Shown here: positions 37,365 to 50,653 of the stretch, piece by piece
How the letters are laid out: each line of letters opens with the position of its first letter
Numbering within the stretch: position 1 is the stretch's first letter
Assembly (NCBI RefSeq): GCF_004010195.1
Contig: NC_057757.1
Location: 4,778,823 to 4,842,822, forward strand
Source: Chiloscyllium plagiosum
Taxonomy: Eukaryota
DNA: 64,000 bases
Reading direction: 5' to 3'
Notes under the pieces: model-generated
Seen by the model: only the letters and a program-made list of their open reading frames with translations
The model's database searches: none
Told to the model about the DNA's origin: nothing
Position numbers and translations under genes: made by a program

Positions 37365-40215
37365 AAATAGTGCAGAGGAGAAGTGTTCACATTTCTGGAT
37401 CATTGGAATCTCTTCTGGGATCGAAGTGACCTGCACAAGCAGGACAGATTGCACCTGAATTGGAGGGGGACAGGTGTGCTGGCAGAGAGATTTGCTGGAG
37501 CTGCTTGGGAGGATTTGAACCAGTAAGGTGGGGGGTGGGCATGGGGCCCAAGGAGATAGTGGGGAGGGAGATGGTCTGAGGCTGGTGCAGTTGGGAAAGG
37601 AAACCCCAGTTGAATGTTGGCGTGGGCAAGAACATGGCAGAGAACAGGGTAGGACTGATGAATTGGACTGCATTGTTTCAATGCGACAAACCTGTCAGGG
37701 AGGGAAGATGAACTCAGGAAATGGTTGGGAGCACAGGACTGGGATATCATGGCAGTTGCAGAGATGTGGTTTAGGGATGGACAGGATTGGTGGCTTGGTG
37801 TTCCAGAATACGGATGCTTTGGGGTGATTGGGGAGGTGGTAGTGCAGGAGAGGAGGGGGAGTATCACTTTTGATGAGGTGCTGTGCTTGGGAGGATACTC
37901 CTGGGAAAACATCCAGGGAAGTTGTTTGGGTGGAGCTGAGAAATGGGAAGGGGAAGATCACCTTGTTGGGATTGTATTATGGACCCCCTAGTGATCAGTA
38001 GGAAGTTGAGAGATAAATCTGTGGGGAGATTTCAGGTGTCTGTTCCAGTGGTGGGGTGGTTGTGGTAGGGGAATTTTGCTTTCCAGATATGGACTGAGAC
38101 TGCCAAAGTTTTGGGAGTTTGGATGGAGAGGAATTTGTTGAATGTGTACAAGAAAAGTTTCTGATTCGGTATGTGGATGTATCTACTAGATAAGGTGCAA
38201 AACTTGACCTACTCTTGGGAAATGGGGCAGGGCAAGTGACTGGGATGTCGTGGGGGAGAACTTTAGGGTCAGCGACCATAATTCCATTAGTTCTGGAACA
38301 GTGATAGAGAAGGATGGACCAGATCTGAAGCTTGCATTTCTGAATTGGAGGAAGGCCAATTTTGACGGTATTGGGGAGGAACTTTCAGGAGCTGATTGGG
38401 GGCAGATGTTCGCAGGTAAGGGGATGGAGGATGTGAAGCCTTCAAAAGTGACATGGTAGAGACAGTATATTCCTGTTAGGGTGAAAGGAAAGGCTGATAG
38501 GTGTAGGGAATGCTGGATGACTAGAAAAATTGAGGTTTTCGTTAAGAAAAATAAATGTCAGGTATGGACAGTAGAGATCAAGTGAATCCTTAGAAGAGTA
38601 TAAAGGCAGTAGGAGTTTACATAAGTGTACCCTAAAATTCTGTGAGAAACTAGGGAAGTGATTGCTAGGCCTCTTGCTGAGATATTTGTATCATCGAATG
38701 GTCACAGGTGAGGTGCTGAAAGACTGGAGATTGGCTAACATGATACCACTATTTAAGAAAGGTGATAAGGAAAAGCCAGGGAACTATAGACCAGTAAGCC
38801 TGACCTCAGTGGTGGGCAAGTTGTTGGAGGGAATCCTGAGGGACAGGATTTACATGTATTTGGAAAGGTAAGGACTGATTAGGGATGACAACATGGCTTT
38901 GTGCATAGGAAATAATGTCTCATGAACTTGATTGAGTTTTTTGAAGAAGTACCAAAGAGGATTGATGAGGAAAGAGCAGTGGATGTGATCTACATGGATT
39001 TCAGTAAGGCATTCGACAAGGTTCCTTACAGTAGACTGGTTAGCAAGGTTAGATCTCATGGAACGCAGGGATAGCTAGCCATTTGGATACAGAACTGTCT
39101 CAAAGGTGGATGACACAGGGTGGTGGTGGTGGTGGGTTGCTTTTCAGGCCTGTGACACGTGGAGTGCCACAAGGATTGGTGATGGGTCCACTGCTTTATA
39201 TAAATGACTTGGATGTGAACATAGGAGGTATAGTTAGTAAGTTTGCAGATGACACCAAAATTGGAGGTGTAGTGGAACTCAAAGTACAACGGGATCTTGA
39301 TAAGATGGGCCAGTTGGCTGAGGAGTAGCAGGTGGAGTTTAATTTAGATAAATGCAAGGTGCTGCATTTTGGAAAAGCAAATCAGTGCAGGACTTGTATA
39401 CTTAATGGTAAGGTCCTATGGAGTGTTACTGAATAAAGAGACCTTGGAATGCAGGTTCATAGTTCCTTGAAAGTAGAGTTGCATCTTGATAGCACAGTGA
39501 AGAAGGTTTTGGTATGTTTTCCTTTATTGGTCAGAGTATTGAGTATAGGAGTTAGAAAGTCATGTTGTGGCTGTACAGGACATTGGTGAGGCCACTTTTG
39601 GAATATTGCATGCAATTCTGGTCTCCCTCCTGTCAGGAGGATGTTGTGAAACTTGAAAGGTTTCAGAAAAGATTTACAAGGATTTTGCCAGGGTTGGACG
39701 ATTTGAGTCAAGATTAGAGTGGTGCTGGAAAAGCACAGCAGGTCAGGCAGCATCCAAGGAGCAGGAAAAGCAGGAGAGGCTGAATAGGCTGGGGCTGTTT
39801 TCCCTGGAGCATTGGAGGCTGAGGGGTGACCTTACAGAGGTTTATAAAATCATGAGGGGCATGGATAGGATAAATAGACAGGGTCTTTTCCCTGGGGTGG
39901 GGGAGTCCAGAAGTAGGGGGCATAGGTTTAGCGTGAGAGGGGAAAATATAAAAAAGACCTAAGGAGCAACTTTTTCACGCAAAGGGTAGTGCGTGTATGG
40001 AATGAGCTGCCAGAGGAACTGGTGGAGGCTGGTACAATTACAGCATTTAAAAGGCATCTAGATGGGTATATGAATAGGAAGGGTTTAGAGGGATATGGGC
40101 CAAGTGCTGGCAAATGGGACAAGATTAGTTTAGGATATCAGGTCAGCATGGATGAGTTGGAGCAAAGGATCTGTTTCCGTACTGTACATCTCTATGACTG
40201 TATGACTCTACGACT
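37365..40215 (+). mobile_element. Second degenerate CR1 LINE, with a short PLE fragment inserted at ~39706-39770
   Basis: PGNYRPVSLTSVVGKLLE, GVPQG, KFADDTK; 3' tail ctctatgact repeats. Confidence 0.9.
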
Positions 40216-40984
40216 TTGAAGACTTTATTACATTTTTACATATTGTTCCTTTATTATTCCCAATTTCTTTTGAATTGGATCTATAAATATCACGTTTATT
40301 TCTAGGTGAATTGAAAATTTCATCAATCAACATCTTAATTGTTGCAGCCATCACTATAATTTAATTTAGGATTGATCCTTATCATAAAATATTATTAAGT
40401 GGTCATTGTAAGAGTTGTGGATTCACGCTTAATGCCTAAAAACGCACAAACAAAATATTCTCCAAAATTCTTTAATGAGAAATTGTCTGGAATGAGCTAC
40501 CAGAGGTAGTGGTGGAGGCTAGTACAATTGCAACACTTAAGAGGCATTGGGATGGGTATATGAATAGGAAGGGTTTGGAGGGATATGGGCCGGGTGCTGG
40601 CAGGTAGGACTAGATTGGGTTGGGATTTCTGATCGGCATGGACGGGTTGGACCGAAGGGTCTGTTTCCATGCTGTACATCTCTATGACTCTATGACTGTA
40701 TGTCCTGAGATTGTTTAACTCAAGGGAATCGTTTTTGCTATAGTCTACTGAGTAAGTACATTTTAATCTGAGATATTTCTGGTGGCCTGAAAACTTCCAG
40801 GAGTGAGGACCCTTTAATTTAGAACCAAGTCTATGAAGTTAAAGTAAAAGTCTCCAAAGTCCCACTTTTACATTAGAGAGAGACAACTGGTGGGGGTTTA
40901 ACCTGAGGGTCACCACACCTCAGGCAAGGGGCGAGGTTGAGAAGATGGGACCTTCGTGGTGACCTTAGCTGATACAGGACTTGA

Positions 40985-41805
40985 TATGATTTGATTTGAT
41001 TTATCATCACATGTACCTAGATAAAGTGAAAAGTTTCATTTTGCATGCAGTACAGGCAGATCGTACATATAAAGTCATTAGGGTAATAGAACAAAGAATA
41101 CAATGTTACAGCTGCAGAGAAGGTCCACAAAGAGTTGAGATCAATATTAAATTTAAAATTTGAGAGGTCCACTCATAAGTCTAATAACAGCGGGGAAGAA
41201 ACAGTTTTTGACTTTGTTGGTGTGTATTTTGTATCTTCCGCATGACGGAAGAGATTGGAAAAGATTGTAACTGGGGTGGGAGGGCTCTATGATTATGTTG
41301 GCTGCCTTCCTGAGTGTAGATGGAGTCAATGGAAGGGAGGTTGGAGATGGACTGGGCTATGTTCACAACTGTCTGTAGTTTCTTACAGACCTGGGCAGAG
41401 CTGTTGTCATGCTAAGTCGTGACACATCCAGATTGAATGCTTTCTATGGTGCATCTATGAAAATTGCTAAGGGTCTTTATGGACATGCCAGATTTCCTTA
41501 GTCTCCTGAGGAAGTAGAGGTTTTGTTGTGCTTTTGTGATAGCTGCATCAACATGGGTGGACCAGGGCAGATCATTGGTGAAGGTTATCCCTGGGAACTT
41601 GACACTCACGACCATCACCACCTCAGCATCATTGATGTTACAGGGATGTGCCCTCCACCTTGCTTCTTGAAGTCAATGACCAGATCTTTGGTTTTGCTGA
41701 CTTTGAAGAAGAGATTGTTATCTTTTCATCACACCACCAAGCATGCTATCATTTTTCTGTATTCTATCCTGTCACTGTTTGAGGTCTGACCTACAACGAT
41801 GGAGT
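40985..41805 (-). mobile_element. Rex1/Babar-clade LINE 3' fragment
   Basis: WSTHVDAAITKAQQNLYFLRRLRKSGMS..LSNFHRCTIESI.SGC, characteristic of the Rex1 RT C-terminus. Confidence 0.75.
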
Positions 41806-41809
41806 TAAA

Positions 41810-43551
41810 ACCCACACTGTTGCCATCACAAACCAATAGCTCAGTCGACTGGACCAAGTCTGTGTGCACTAAGGATATATACGATTTCAAATCACTCTGA
41901 GCTGAGGGCTCGAGTGAACGATAAGTTCAACTGGTTAAATTAACCTGGTCAGGTAACACACAATTGATGGTCTGCTATTTGGGAAGTACGTGTGACATCA
42001 AATTCACACCCTTTGGAAAACATTAGGTTGACAAACTTCTCAACAATATTTCACATGTTATTATTCAGTGATGTGGCACGGTGACTCAGTGGTTTGCACT
42101 GCTGCCTCACAGTGCCAAGGACTCAGGTTCAATTCCTACCTTAGGGGACTGCCTGTGTGGAGTTTGCACATTCACCAAGTGTCTGCGTGGGATTGCTCTG
42201 GTTTCCATCTGCAATCCACAATGTGCAGGGCAGGTGAATTGGCCATGCTAAATTGCCCCATGGTGTTAGGTACATTGGTCAGAGGTAAATGTAGAGAAAT
42301 AGTTCTGGATGGGTTACTCTTTGGAGGGTTATGTGGACTTGTTGGGCCAAATGGTCTGTTTCCACGCTGTAGGGAATCTAATCTGATTTGTAGAGAATCT
42401 AATCCGTTTATTTACAGATCGCAGATTACCTCTAACCTAACTCGCAGAGTTCTATTCACCCATCACCCTTCATGGTCACTGTTTTCACATTTGCAATTTT
42501 AAAATTTGCATCCTGTTTTCCAGCCCTGCATGATCTGATACCTCCATCTCCCTGTAACCTCCTCCAGTGCGGAAAACATTAAAAATTTCTGAGCTCCTGC
42601 AACTCCCGTCTCAGGTAGATCCCAATTTCAAATATTTATTCATTGGAGGCAGTACCTCCGTCTGCTTAGACTCAAAACTTGGCAATTCTCTTACTAACAC
42701 CCTTTCCATTCCTCTCCTCTGTTAAAATGCTTCCTAAAATCTATTTCTTTGACCACGCTTCAGGACCTGCCCTAACATCTCCATATGTGAATCATGCTCA
42801 AATGTTTGATTGGTAAGCAGTCCAGTGAGGGTAGCTGGGGACATTTTACCTCATTTGCCGGTGTTACATAAATGCAGTTTGTTTTTTGCATGACACCGAG
42901 TGTCTTTTATTCTCCATATTAATCTTTCTTGTTGCTTACAGCTGAAGCAGACCCCGGGAGAAGAAAATCCCATTTTCCTTCCCTTGGACGCTGAGCTCGA
43001 CTGAGACCATTTGGCCCAACAAGTCCACATAACCCTCCAAAGAGTAACCCATCCAGACCTATTTCTCTACATTTACCTCTGACCAATGTACCTAACACCA
43101 TGGGGCAATTTAGCATGGCCAATTCACCTGCCCTGCACATTGTGGATTGCAGATGGAAACCAGAGCAATCCCACGCAGACACTTGGTGAATGTGCAAACT
43201 CCACACAGGCAGTCCCCTAAGGTAGGAATTGAACCTGAGTCCTTGGCACTGTGAGGCAGCAGTGCAAACCACTGAGTCACCGTGCCACATCACTGAATAA
43301 TAACATGTGAAATATTGTTGAGAAGTTTGTCAACCTAATGTTTTCCAAAGGGTGTGAATTTGATGTCACACGTACTTCCCAAATAGCAGACCATCAATTG
43401 TGTGTTACCTGACCAGGTTAATTTAACCAGTTGAACTTATCGTTCACTCGAGCCCTCAGCTCAGAGTGATTTGAAATCGTATATATCCTTAGTGCACACA
43501 GACTTGGTCCAGTCGACTGAGCTATTGGTTTGTGATGGCAACAGTGTGGGT
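41810..43551. repeat. 548-bp near-perfect inverted repeat (41810-42357 vs 43004-43551), 646-bp spacer
   Basis: Direct reverse-complement comparison. The mirrored ORFs 42068+ and 43293- differ at one residue (REIVLDG vs REIGLDG) over their shared part. Confidence 0.95.
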
Positions 43552-43672
43552 GCGGAGCTGTGATTTTCAACATTTTGAGCTGGTCTCCCACCTTCTGAAA
43601 ACTCAGCTGATCGCTGAGACATTCAGCTTGGCCACTCTGAGGCAACTGCCGTCCTTGCACCCCATTTCCAAG
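42942..43672 (+). pseudogene. Lipoxygenase exon 8, copy B, interrupted by an inverted templated insertion (43004-43544)
   Basis: 42942-43003 encodes LKQTPGEENPIFLPLDAELD; 43545-43672 encodes WVRSCDFQHFELVSHLLKTQLIAETFSLATLRQLPSLHPISK; donor gtatgc. 12 mismatches to copy A over 190 aligned nt (manual count). Confidence 0.93.
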
Positions 43673-45169
43673 GTATGCAGCATGAGGAAGAATGTAGCTT
43701 CATTTTAATTCAGGGAAATTGCAGCTGGTGATAGCGGCTGAACTGATGGTGGGAATGTCATCGAATCCTGATCTGTGCATCATAGAATCAAAAGAATTTA
43801 CAGTAGGGAAAGGGGCCATTCAGCCCATTGTGTCCTTTCCATCAGATAAGGAGCCATCCAGTCTAATCCCACTTTTCAGCTCTTGGTTTGCAATCATGTG
43901 GGTTAGGGCAGTTCACTTGGTTATCCCATTACTTGTTAAATGTTAGGAACATTTCTGCTCCCACCAGCCTTTAAGCAGTGAATTCCAGAACGTGCAACAA
44001 AATGTTTCCCCTTGAATCCCCCCAAAGCCAGCAAGCTCTTGCTCTAAATTAATGCTCTCTCTTTATTGACCCTTCAGCCATGGGGGAATAGGTCATGTGA
44101 ACATCACATTGAGATGGGAATAGGCCATTCAGCCCCTTGAACCCACTTGGCCATTCACTAAGATTGTGGCCTTAACCCCATGTTCCCACCTACCCTTTCC
44201 TAGCCAAGTAATAGCAAAATGCTATGACTACTGGTATCTGAGACAAACACAGGGAATGCTGTGGAAACTCAGCAGGTCTGGCAGCAGCTTTGGAGAGAGA
44301 AAACAGTTAACGGCTATCCATTCTCTCTCGATCCCTCAATTTTTCGCACTTCCATTTGTTCTGCTCTTTGTCACCTCTATTCCAAGGATAACGCAAATCC
44401 ATCAAACTTTTCCTCATTACTAAAATTCCCCAGTCCAGACAACATCTTGGTAAATCTCCTCTTCAACCATATCAAGTGCGCTCCACATGTTTCCTATAGT
44501 GCAGCAGTCCAGATGTGGCTTGACCATGTTTTATAAATTTCCCATACAACGTCCCAGCTCTTATACTCTCGGACATGGCTAATTAAGGAAAATATTCTGC
44601 ACATCTTGTTGACCACCTTATCCAGCTACCAGGCTACTTTGAGTAATCTGAGGACATTCTCTCCTATGTTTTTCTGTTGCTGTATACTTCCCAGTCTCTC
44701 ACTATTTGTCATGTATTTCCTGCCTATTCAGCATTCTCCAAACAATTTAACTCACACATCTGTGGACTGAACACTGCTTGTACTGTTTAGCTGACTTATC
44801 TCTTTCAGTCTACATCTTAGAAACGTAGAAAATAGGAACAGGATTAAATCTTTTGGCCCTTCAAGTCTGCACTGCTATTCGTTATGATCAGGGCTGGTTA
44901 TCCAATTCAGTACCCAGTTCCGCTATCTCCCAGTACCCTTTGACCCCCTTTAGCCCTAAGGATTGTATCTAATTTTTTTCTTGAAAACATTCAATGTTTT
45001 GGCCTCAACTATTTTCTATGGCAGAGAATTCCACAGGCTCCCTACTCTCTGGGTGAAGACATTTCTCTTCATCTCACTCCCTGAATCTTTAGATGTAACC
45101 ACATTTCTGGACTCCCTGGTCATTGAGAACGTCTTTCCTGTTTATATCCTGTTTAGTCCGGTTAGAATT

Positions 45170-45985
45170 TTACACTCCGCAGGGACTGTTCCTTCCAGGA
45201 CACCCTGGTCAGCTCTTCCTTCACTCCCAACAGCCCCCCACAGCCGCAAGGTATCTCCCCCTGTAACCACCAAAGAATAGCACCTGCCCAATTACCTTCT
45301 CCCAAACACACCTTTCAGGTGAAGCAGCACTTTACCTACATTTCAGACAATCTAGTCTCCTGTATTCACTGCTCATAATGTGGTCTCCTGTACACTGAAA
45401 TGAATCAGAGGCTGGGTGACCACTTTGCAGAACACCCACTTTTTGCCCGCAAAAAAGACCCTGAACTTCCAGTTACCTGCCACTTTAAGACAACACCCTG
45501 TTCCCTGGTCAACATCTCTATCTCAGGCTTGCTGCAGTGCTCCAGCAAAGCTCAGCGCAAGTTGCAAGAACAACACCTTATTTTCCACATGGGAACACTG
45601 CAGCCCTCTGGACTCAATGTTGAGTTCAATAATTTTAGGGCCTGAAATGTCCTAGCCTCCAACCTCACACACCAGACCTTGTTATCGTGTAGTCTGCCAT
45701 TACACACTATCTATTGGTAACCACAAACGGTCTCCATTAACAGCTTTTCACCTTTCCAGCCAGATCATTATCAACCCCTTTGTGTGTCCAACTGTTCTCT
45801 CTCTTTGGGCTCTATCTCCACTTATCGTTTACTTATTACCCCTACCTCCACCCCATCTTCTGCATATAAACTGACATTTTCCATCAGTTCTAAGGAAGAG
45901 TCAACAGACCTGAAATGTTAACTCTAACTTTTTTTCACAGATGCTGCCAGACCTGCTGAGCTTTTCCAGCAACTTCTGTTTTTAT
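45170..45985 (+). mobile_element. Penelope-like element 3' end (GIY-YIG remnant plus pLTR)
   Basis: QHFTYISDNLVSCIHCS*CGLLY...RLGDHFAEH...PVTCHF. A related copy lies on the minus strand at ~10850-11240. Confidence 0.75.
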
Positions 45986-47573
45986 TTAGAATTTTATAGG
46001 CTTCTATGAGATCCCTCCCCACATTCTTCTAAACTCCAGTAAACCTAATCCTAACCGATCCAATCCCTTTTCATACATCAGTTGGCCTAGTGGTATTATT
46101 GATAGACCATTAATCCAGAAATCCAGGTAATGTTCTGAGACCCTGGCTTGGAATCCCACCATGGTAGATAGTCAAGTTTAAATTCAACCACTGCTGAAAA
46201 TGTGTTGCTGGAAAAGCGCAGCAGGTCAGGCAGCATCCAAGCAGCCCGAAACGTCGATTTTCCTGCTCCTTGGATGCTGCCTGACCTGCTGCGCTTTTCC
46301 AGCAAAACATTTTCAGCTTTGATCTCCAGCATCTGCAGTCCTCACTTTCTCCTCTTTTGAATTCAACCAAACAAGTATATGGAATTAAAAGTCTAATCAT
46401 GACCAAGAAACCATTGTTAATTGTCAAGAAAAAACCCATCTGGTTCATTAATGTCCTTTCATTCCTTTCCAAAGGAAACTACCATCTTCACCCAATCTGG
46501 CCTACATGGACTCCAGACCCACAGCAATGTGGTTGATTCTAACTGTCCCCTAGGCAATTAGGGATGGGCAATAAAAGCTGGCCTCGCCAATGGCACCCAC
46601 ATCCCATGAATGAATAAAATTAATAGCCCTGCATTTGAAGAATGAAGAAACTGACCAACAATTTTTGTTTGATCAGCAAATACATGAAAAAGATCAGCTG
46701 TTTCAAGTATTTTTTTTAGTCTCAAAATTATACATAGAGATTTTTTTTTCTTAGATTCCCTACAGTGTGTAAACAGGCCCTTCAGCCCAACAAGTCCACA
46801 CCGGCCATCTGAAGAGCAACCCACCCAGACCCCTTCCCTTACATTTACATTTACCTCTGCACCTGACACTATGGGCAATTTAGCATGGTTAATTCACCTA
46901 ACCTGCACATCTTTGGATCGTGGGAGGAAACCCACACAGACACGGGGAGAATGTGCAAACTCCACACAGAGGTGGGAATTGAACCCGGGTCCCTGGTGCT
47001 GTGAGGCAGCAGTGCTAAACACTGAGCCGCCGTGCGGCCCCTATATACACACAGTCACTGAAGCAGATTAGTTCTGTACAATAGCATCTGGGGAAACAAA
47101 CAGACCTTGGAGTTTGACTCTATCCAGCAAACAAACCCAAGATATTTCTTTGCAAGATTACATTTACACATGCTGGAGGCACTGGGAGGATCCAACTACT
47201 GAATGGACCCCCATTTAATTTCGATAGAAAGACCTTCGATGACAGACTTTCCCCACTACGTCTTGGCAGCAGCTGCCCCAAAGTTTAGTTACAACAGCAG
47301 ATTTGCTGTTTCTGGGAAGAGTGTGGGATGTTAGCAATTTTAACTGCCCATCTGATTTCCAATGCCTGGTGTGGTTACAACTGCAATGTGTTTCTCTGGC
47401 AGTCAGTTAGTCCAGTTGATTGGTTGGGCTTCTGCTTGTTTCTTTCGCTAAGGTGATAAATGGTTTCAGCTTTGAGCCCCCAGCTCTATCCTACCAGGGA
47501 TCATTTGCAATCTGGCTGCAGAGCATATTTTTATTCACTTACGGGATTTGGGTGACTCAAACTAGGCCCCAGC

Positions 47574-47607
47574 ATCCTGATGAAGGGCTTTTGCCCGAAA
47601 CGTCGAT
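47574..47607 (+). ncRNA. Minimal hammerhead ribozyme motif
   Basis: ATC-CTGATGA-A-GGGC-TTTT-GCCC-GAAA-CGTC-GAT. Confidence 0.72.
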
Positions 47608-47869
47608 TTTGCTGAAGCTCCTCGGATGCTGCCTGAACTGCTGTGCTCTTCCAGCACCATTGATCCAGCATTTATTGCCCATCCCTAATTGCCCAGAGGG
47701 CAGTTACGAATCAACCACGTTGCTGTGGGCCTGGAGTCATATGTAGGTCAGATCGGGTCAGGGCAGCAGAGTTCCTTCCCTAAAGGACATTAATGAACCA
47801 GATTGGTTTTTCAGACAATCAGTAGTGGCTCTGTGGTCACCATTAGACCCTTAATTCAGATTATTTTTA

Positions 47870-48183
47870 TTAGATTAGATTACTTACAGTGTGGAAACAG
47901 CCCTTCGGCCCAACAAGTCCACACCAACCTGCCGAAGCGCAACCCGCCCAGACCCATTCCCCCACATTTACCCCTTCACCTAACATTACGGGCAATTTAG
48001 CATGGCCAATTCACCTAATCTGCACGTTTTTGGACTGTGGGAGGAAACCGGAGCACCCGGAGGAAACCCACGCAGACACGGGGGGGATGTGCAAACTCCA
48101 CACAGTCAGTTGCCTGAGGCGGGAATTGAACCCGGGTCTCTGGCGCTGTGAGGCAGCAGTGCTAACCACTGTGCCACCATGCC
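47870..48183 (-). mobile_element. HE1-like V-SINE (other copies at ~12300-12490 -, 12885-13170 +, 13298-13585 -, 42073-42385 +, 46750-47035 -, 51666-51960 -, 54550-54890 -, 59231-59428 +, 62780-63018 +)
   Basis: Same head, V-domain and (taatc)n tail as 976-1290. Confidence 0.88.
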
Positions 48184-48344
48184 TGCCCCTTATTGAATTC
48201 ACTTTCTGCCATGGCAGGCTTGAATCCCAGGTCTCCAGAACATTAGCCGAGTTTCTGAATTAATAGTCCAGAGATAATGCCACTAGACTATTGCCTCCTA
48301 AAGTAAGATTCTATGTTGGCTTGAAAAGACAATTCAATAATCAC

Positions 48345-48910
48345 CAGCAGCTGTATAGGACATTGGTTAGGCCATTTTTGGAATACTGTGTGCAATTCTG
48401 GCCTCCTGCTGATAGAAAGGATGTTGTGAAACTTGAAAGAGATTTACAAGGATGTAGCCAAGGTTGGAGGATTTGAACTACAGCGAGAAGCTGAACAGGC
48501 TGGGATTGTTTTCTCTGCAGTCTCAGAAGCTGAGGGGTGATCTTATTGAGGTTTATAAAATCATGAGGGGTATGGATAGGATAAATAGACAGGGTCTTTT
48601 CTCTGGGGTGGGGGAGTCCAAAACTAGAGGGCATAGGTTTAAGGGGAGAGTGGAAATATTTTAAAGGGACCTAAGGGGCAACTTTTTCGCACAGTGGGTG
48701 ATGCGTGTATGAATTGAGCTGCCAGAGGAAGTGGTGGAGGCTAGTACCAGTAAAATATTTAAAAGGCATCTGTATATGAATAGGAAGAGTTTAGAGGGAT
48801 ATGGGCCAAGTGCTGGGAAATGGGACTAGATTTATCCAGGATATCTGGTCGGCATGGACGAGTTGAACTGAAAAGTTTGTTTCTGTGCTGTGCTGTGCTG
48901 TGTCTCTATG
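48345..48910 (+). mobile_element. CR1 LINE 3' fragment (representative; similar fragments at ~2116-2685, 5425-5925, 7090-7660, 15485-16000, 22800-23270, 26520-27260, 40480-40700, 59770-60510, 61370-61795, and 62600-63275 on minus)
   Basis: LYRTLVRPFLEYCVQFW, RLGLFSL, LRGDLIEVYKIMRG, TRGHRFK motifs. Confidence 0.85.
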
Positions 48911-50565
48911 ACTCACTATGTAATTCTTGTGACACAGTGCTGACATCCCTACCTCTGAGCCAGAACATGCAGGTTTCTGTCCCAGCTGTCTGAATAGATT
49001 GATTCAAAATAATTATAATGAAATTACCCTGAACACAGCAGTCTTGATTGGAGAACATCAGGATCCAAACCCAATCCAAGCACAGTGACTCTAAATCTAA
49101 ACTGAACACAGCAGTCCCACTGAACTCACACAACGCCCCGCTATAACTCCAGCTGCTGGTTATTGAATTCTGATATATTCCTCCTGTCCTGGGCCGTGGC
49201 AGTGGGAACAGGAGTGAATGTTGAGGGTTGGTGGATGTACAGCCAATCAAGCGGGCTGCTTCATCCTAGACAGTGTTGAGTTTCTTGTGTGTTGTTGGGG
49301 TTGCAATCATCCAGGCACACTCCTGACTTGTGTCTTGTAGATGATAGACAGTCTTTAGGGAGTCAGGAGGTAAGTTACTCTGTGCAACACTCATATTCTC
49401 TGACCTGCTTTCGAAGCCAGTGTTTATGTGGGGGGTCCAGTTGAGTTTCTGGTCAATGGTGATGTCCCAGGATGTTGACAGTGGGAGATTCAGTGACAGC
49501 AATGCCACTGAATGGCAAGGGGTCATATTCTGCCATTTGGAGACTTTCTTTGCCTGACACTTGGGCGGCGGTAATAATACTCGCCACTTATCAACTCAAG
49601 ATGTTTCATCGTTCATTCATAGAATTTGGGTGTTTCTGGCTAGTTCAGCATTTCTTGCCCATCCCAAAGACCAGTTCAGTGTCAACCACATTGCTGTAGA
49701 TCTGGAGTCAGATTAGACCAGACTGTGCAGATCTCCTTCCCTAAATGAGTATGCTGAACCAGATGGTTTTATCCAACAATAGACTGTGGTTATGTGGTCA
49801 CCATTAGGCTAATTTAAAATAAAAAATTGATATCATGATGGAATCCGAACCCATATCCCAGACTGTTAGCCTGTTGTTCAGGATTAATACTCCAGTGAGA
49901 TTAATACTGTGCCACCATCTCTCCCTCTTTCTCTAAAACTGCAGAGGGGCAGAGCCAAGTATGCACAAGGGTGTGCTGTACAATGCAGTCCAGAGGGCTC
50001 GTAAACAAAGAAAAGTCAGAGGGGATGGTGCCTCTGACTACAGCCAAGACCGCATTTGCATTTTGACCATAGAATCATGACACACTTCCAGTTAATGGAG
50101 ATACATGGAATGTAGTAGTTCCACAAGGCATCTCACAACATTTTAGAGGGGCAATTAGGGATGGCCAGTACATGGTTTCTAGTTGGTGATGTCCATCTCC
50201 TGTAAATGAATAAAAAAATTAGTTGTCAGCTGATCCATGCCTTCAATCAGCTGAATGCACCAAATACAATTATGAATTGCCATCATCCCAGTAAACCAAT
50301 TTTACGAGGTAATGTGTATGTAAGTTCATAAGAAACATGAGTAGGAGTAGTCCATTCAGCCCCTTTAGCCTCCCCTGCCATTCAGTAAGATCATGGTCGA
50401 TCTTCTATTCCACCTTCCCACTCTATCACCATATCCCTTGATTGTCCTAGAGCCCAAAGGTCTATGGATCTCAGCCTTGGGTTTACTCAGTGACCAAACA
50501 CCTGGCAGATTGGGAATTCCAAAGATTAATCACAATATTTCAATATTATAAATATTATGTTTCAG

Positions 50566-50653
50566 CTTCTGGCTCCTCATGTGAAGTACATGATGCACAT
50601 CAACAACCCATGTGAGATTGAAACTGAAAGGCGATGGTGGATTTATCTGCCAA
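50566..50653 (+). pseudogene. Lipoxygenase exon 9, 88 nt (87 expected), +1 frameshift
   Basis: tttcag/CTT; LLAPHVKYMMHIN /fs/ THVRLKLKGDGGFICQ; donor gtaagt. Confidence 0.87.
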
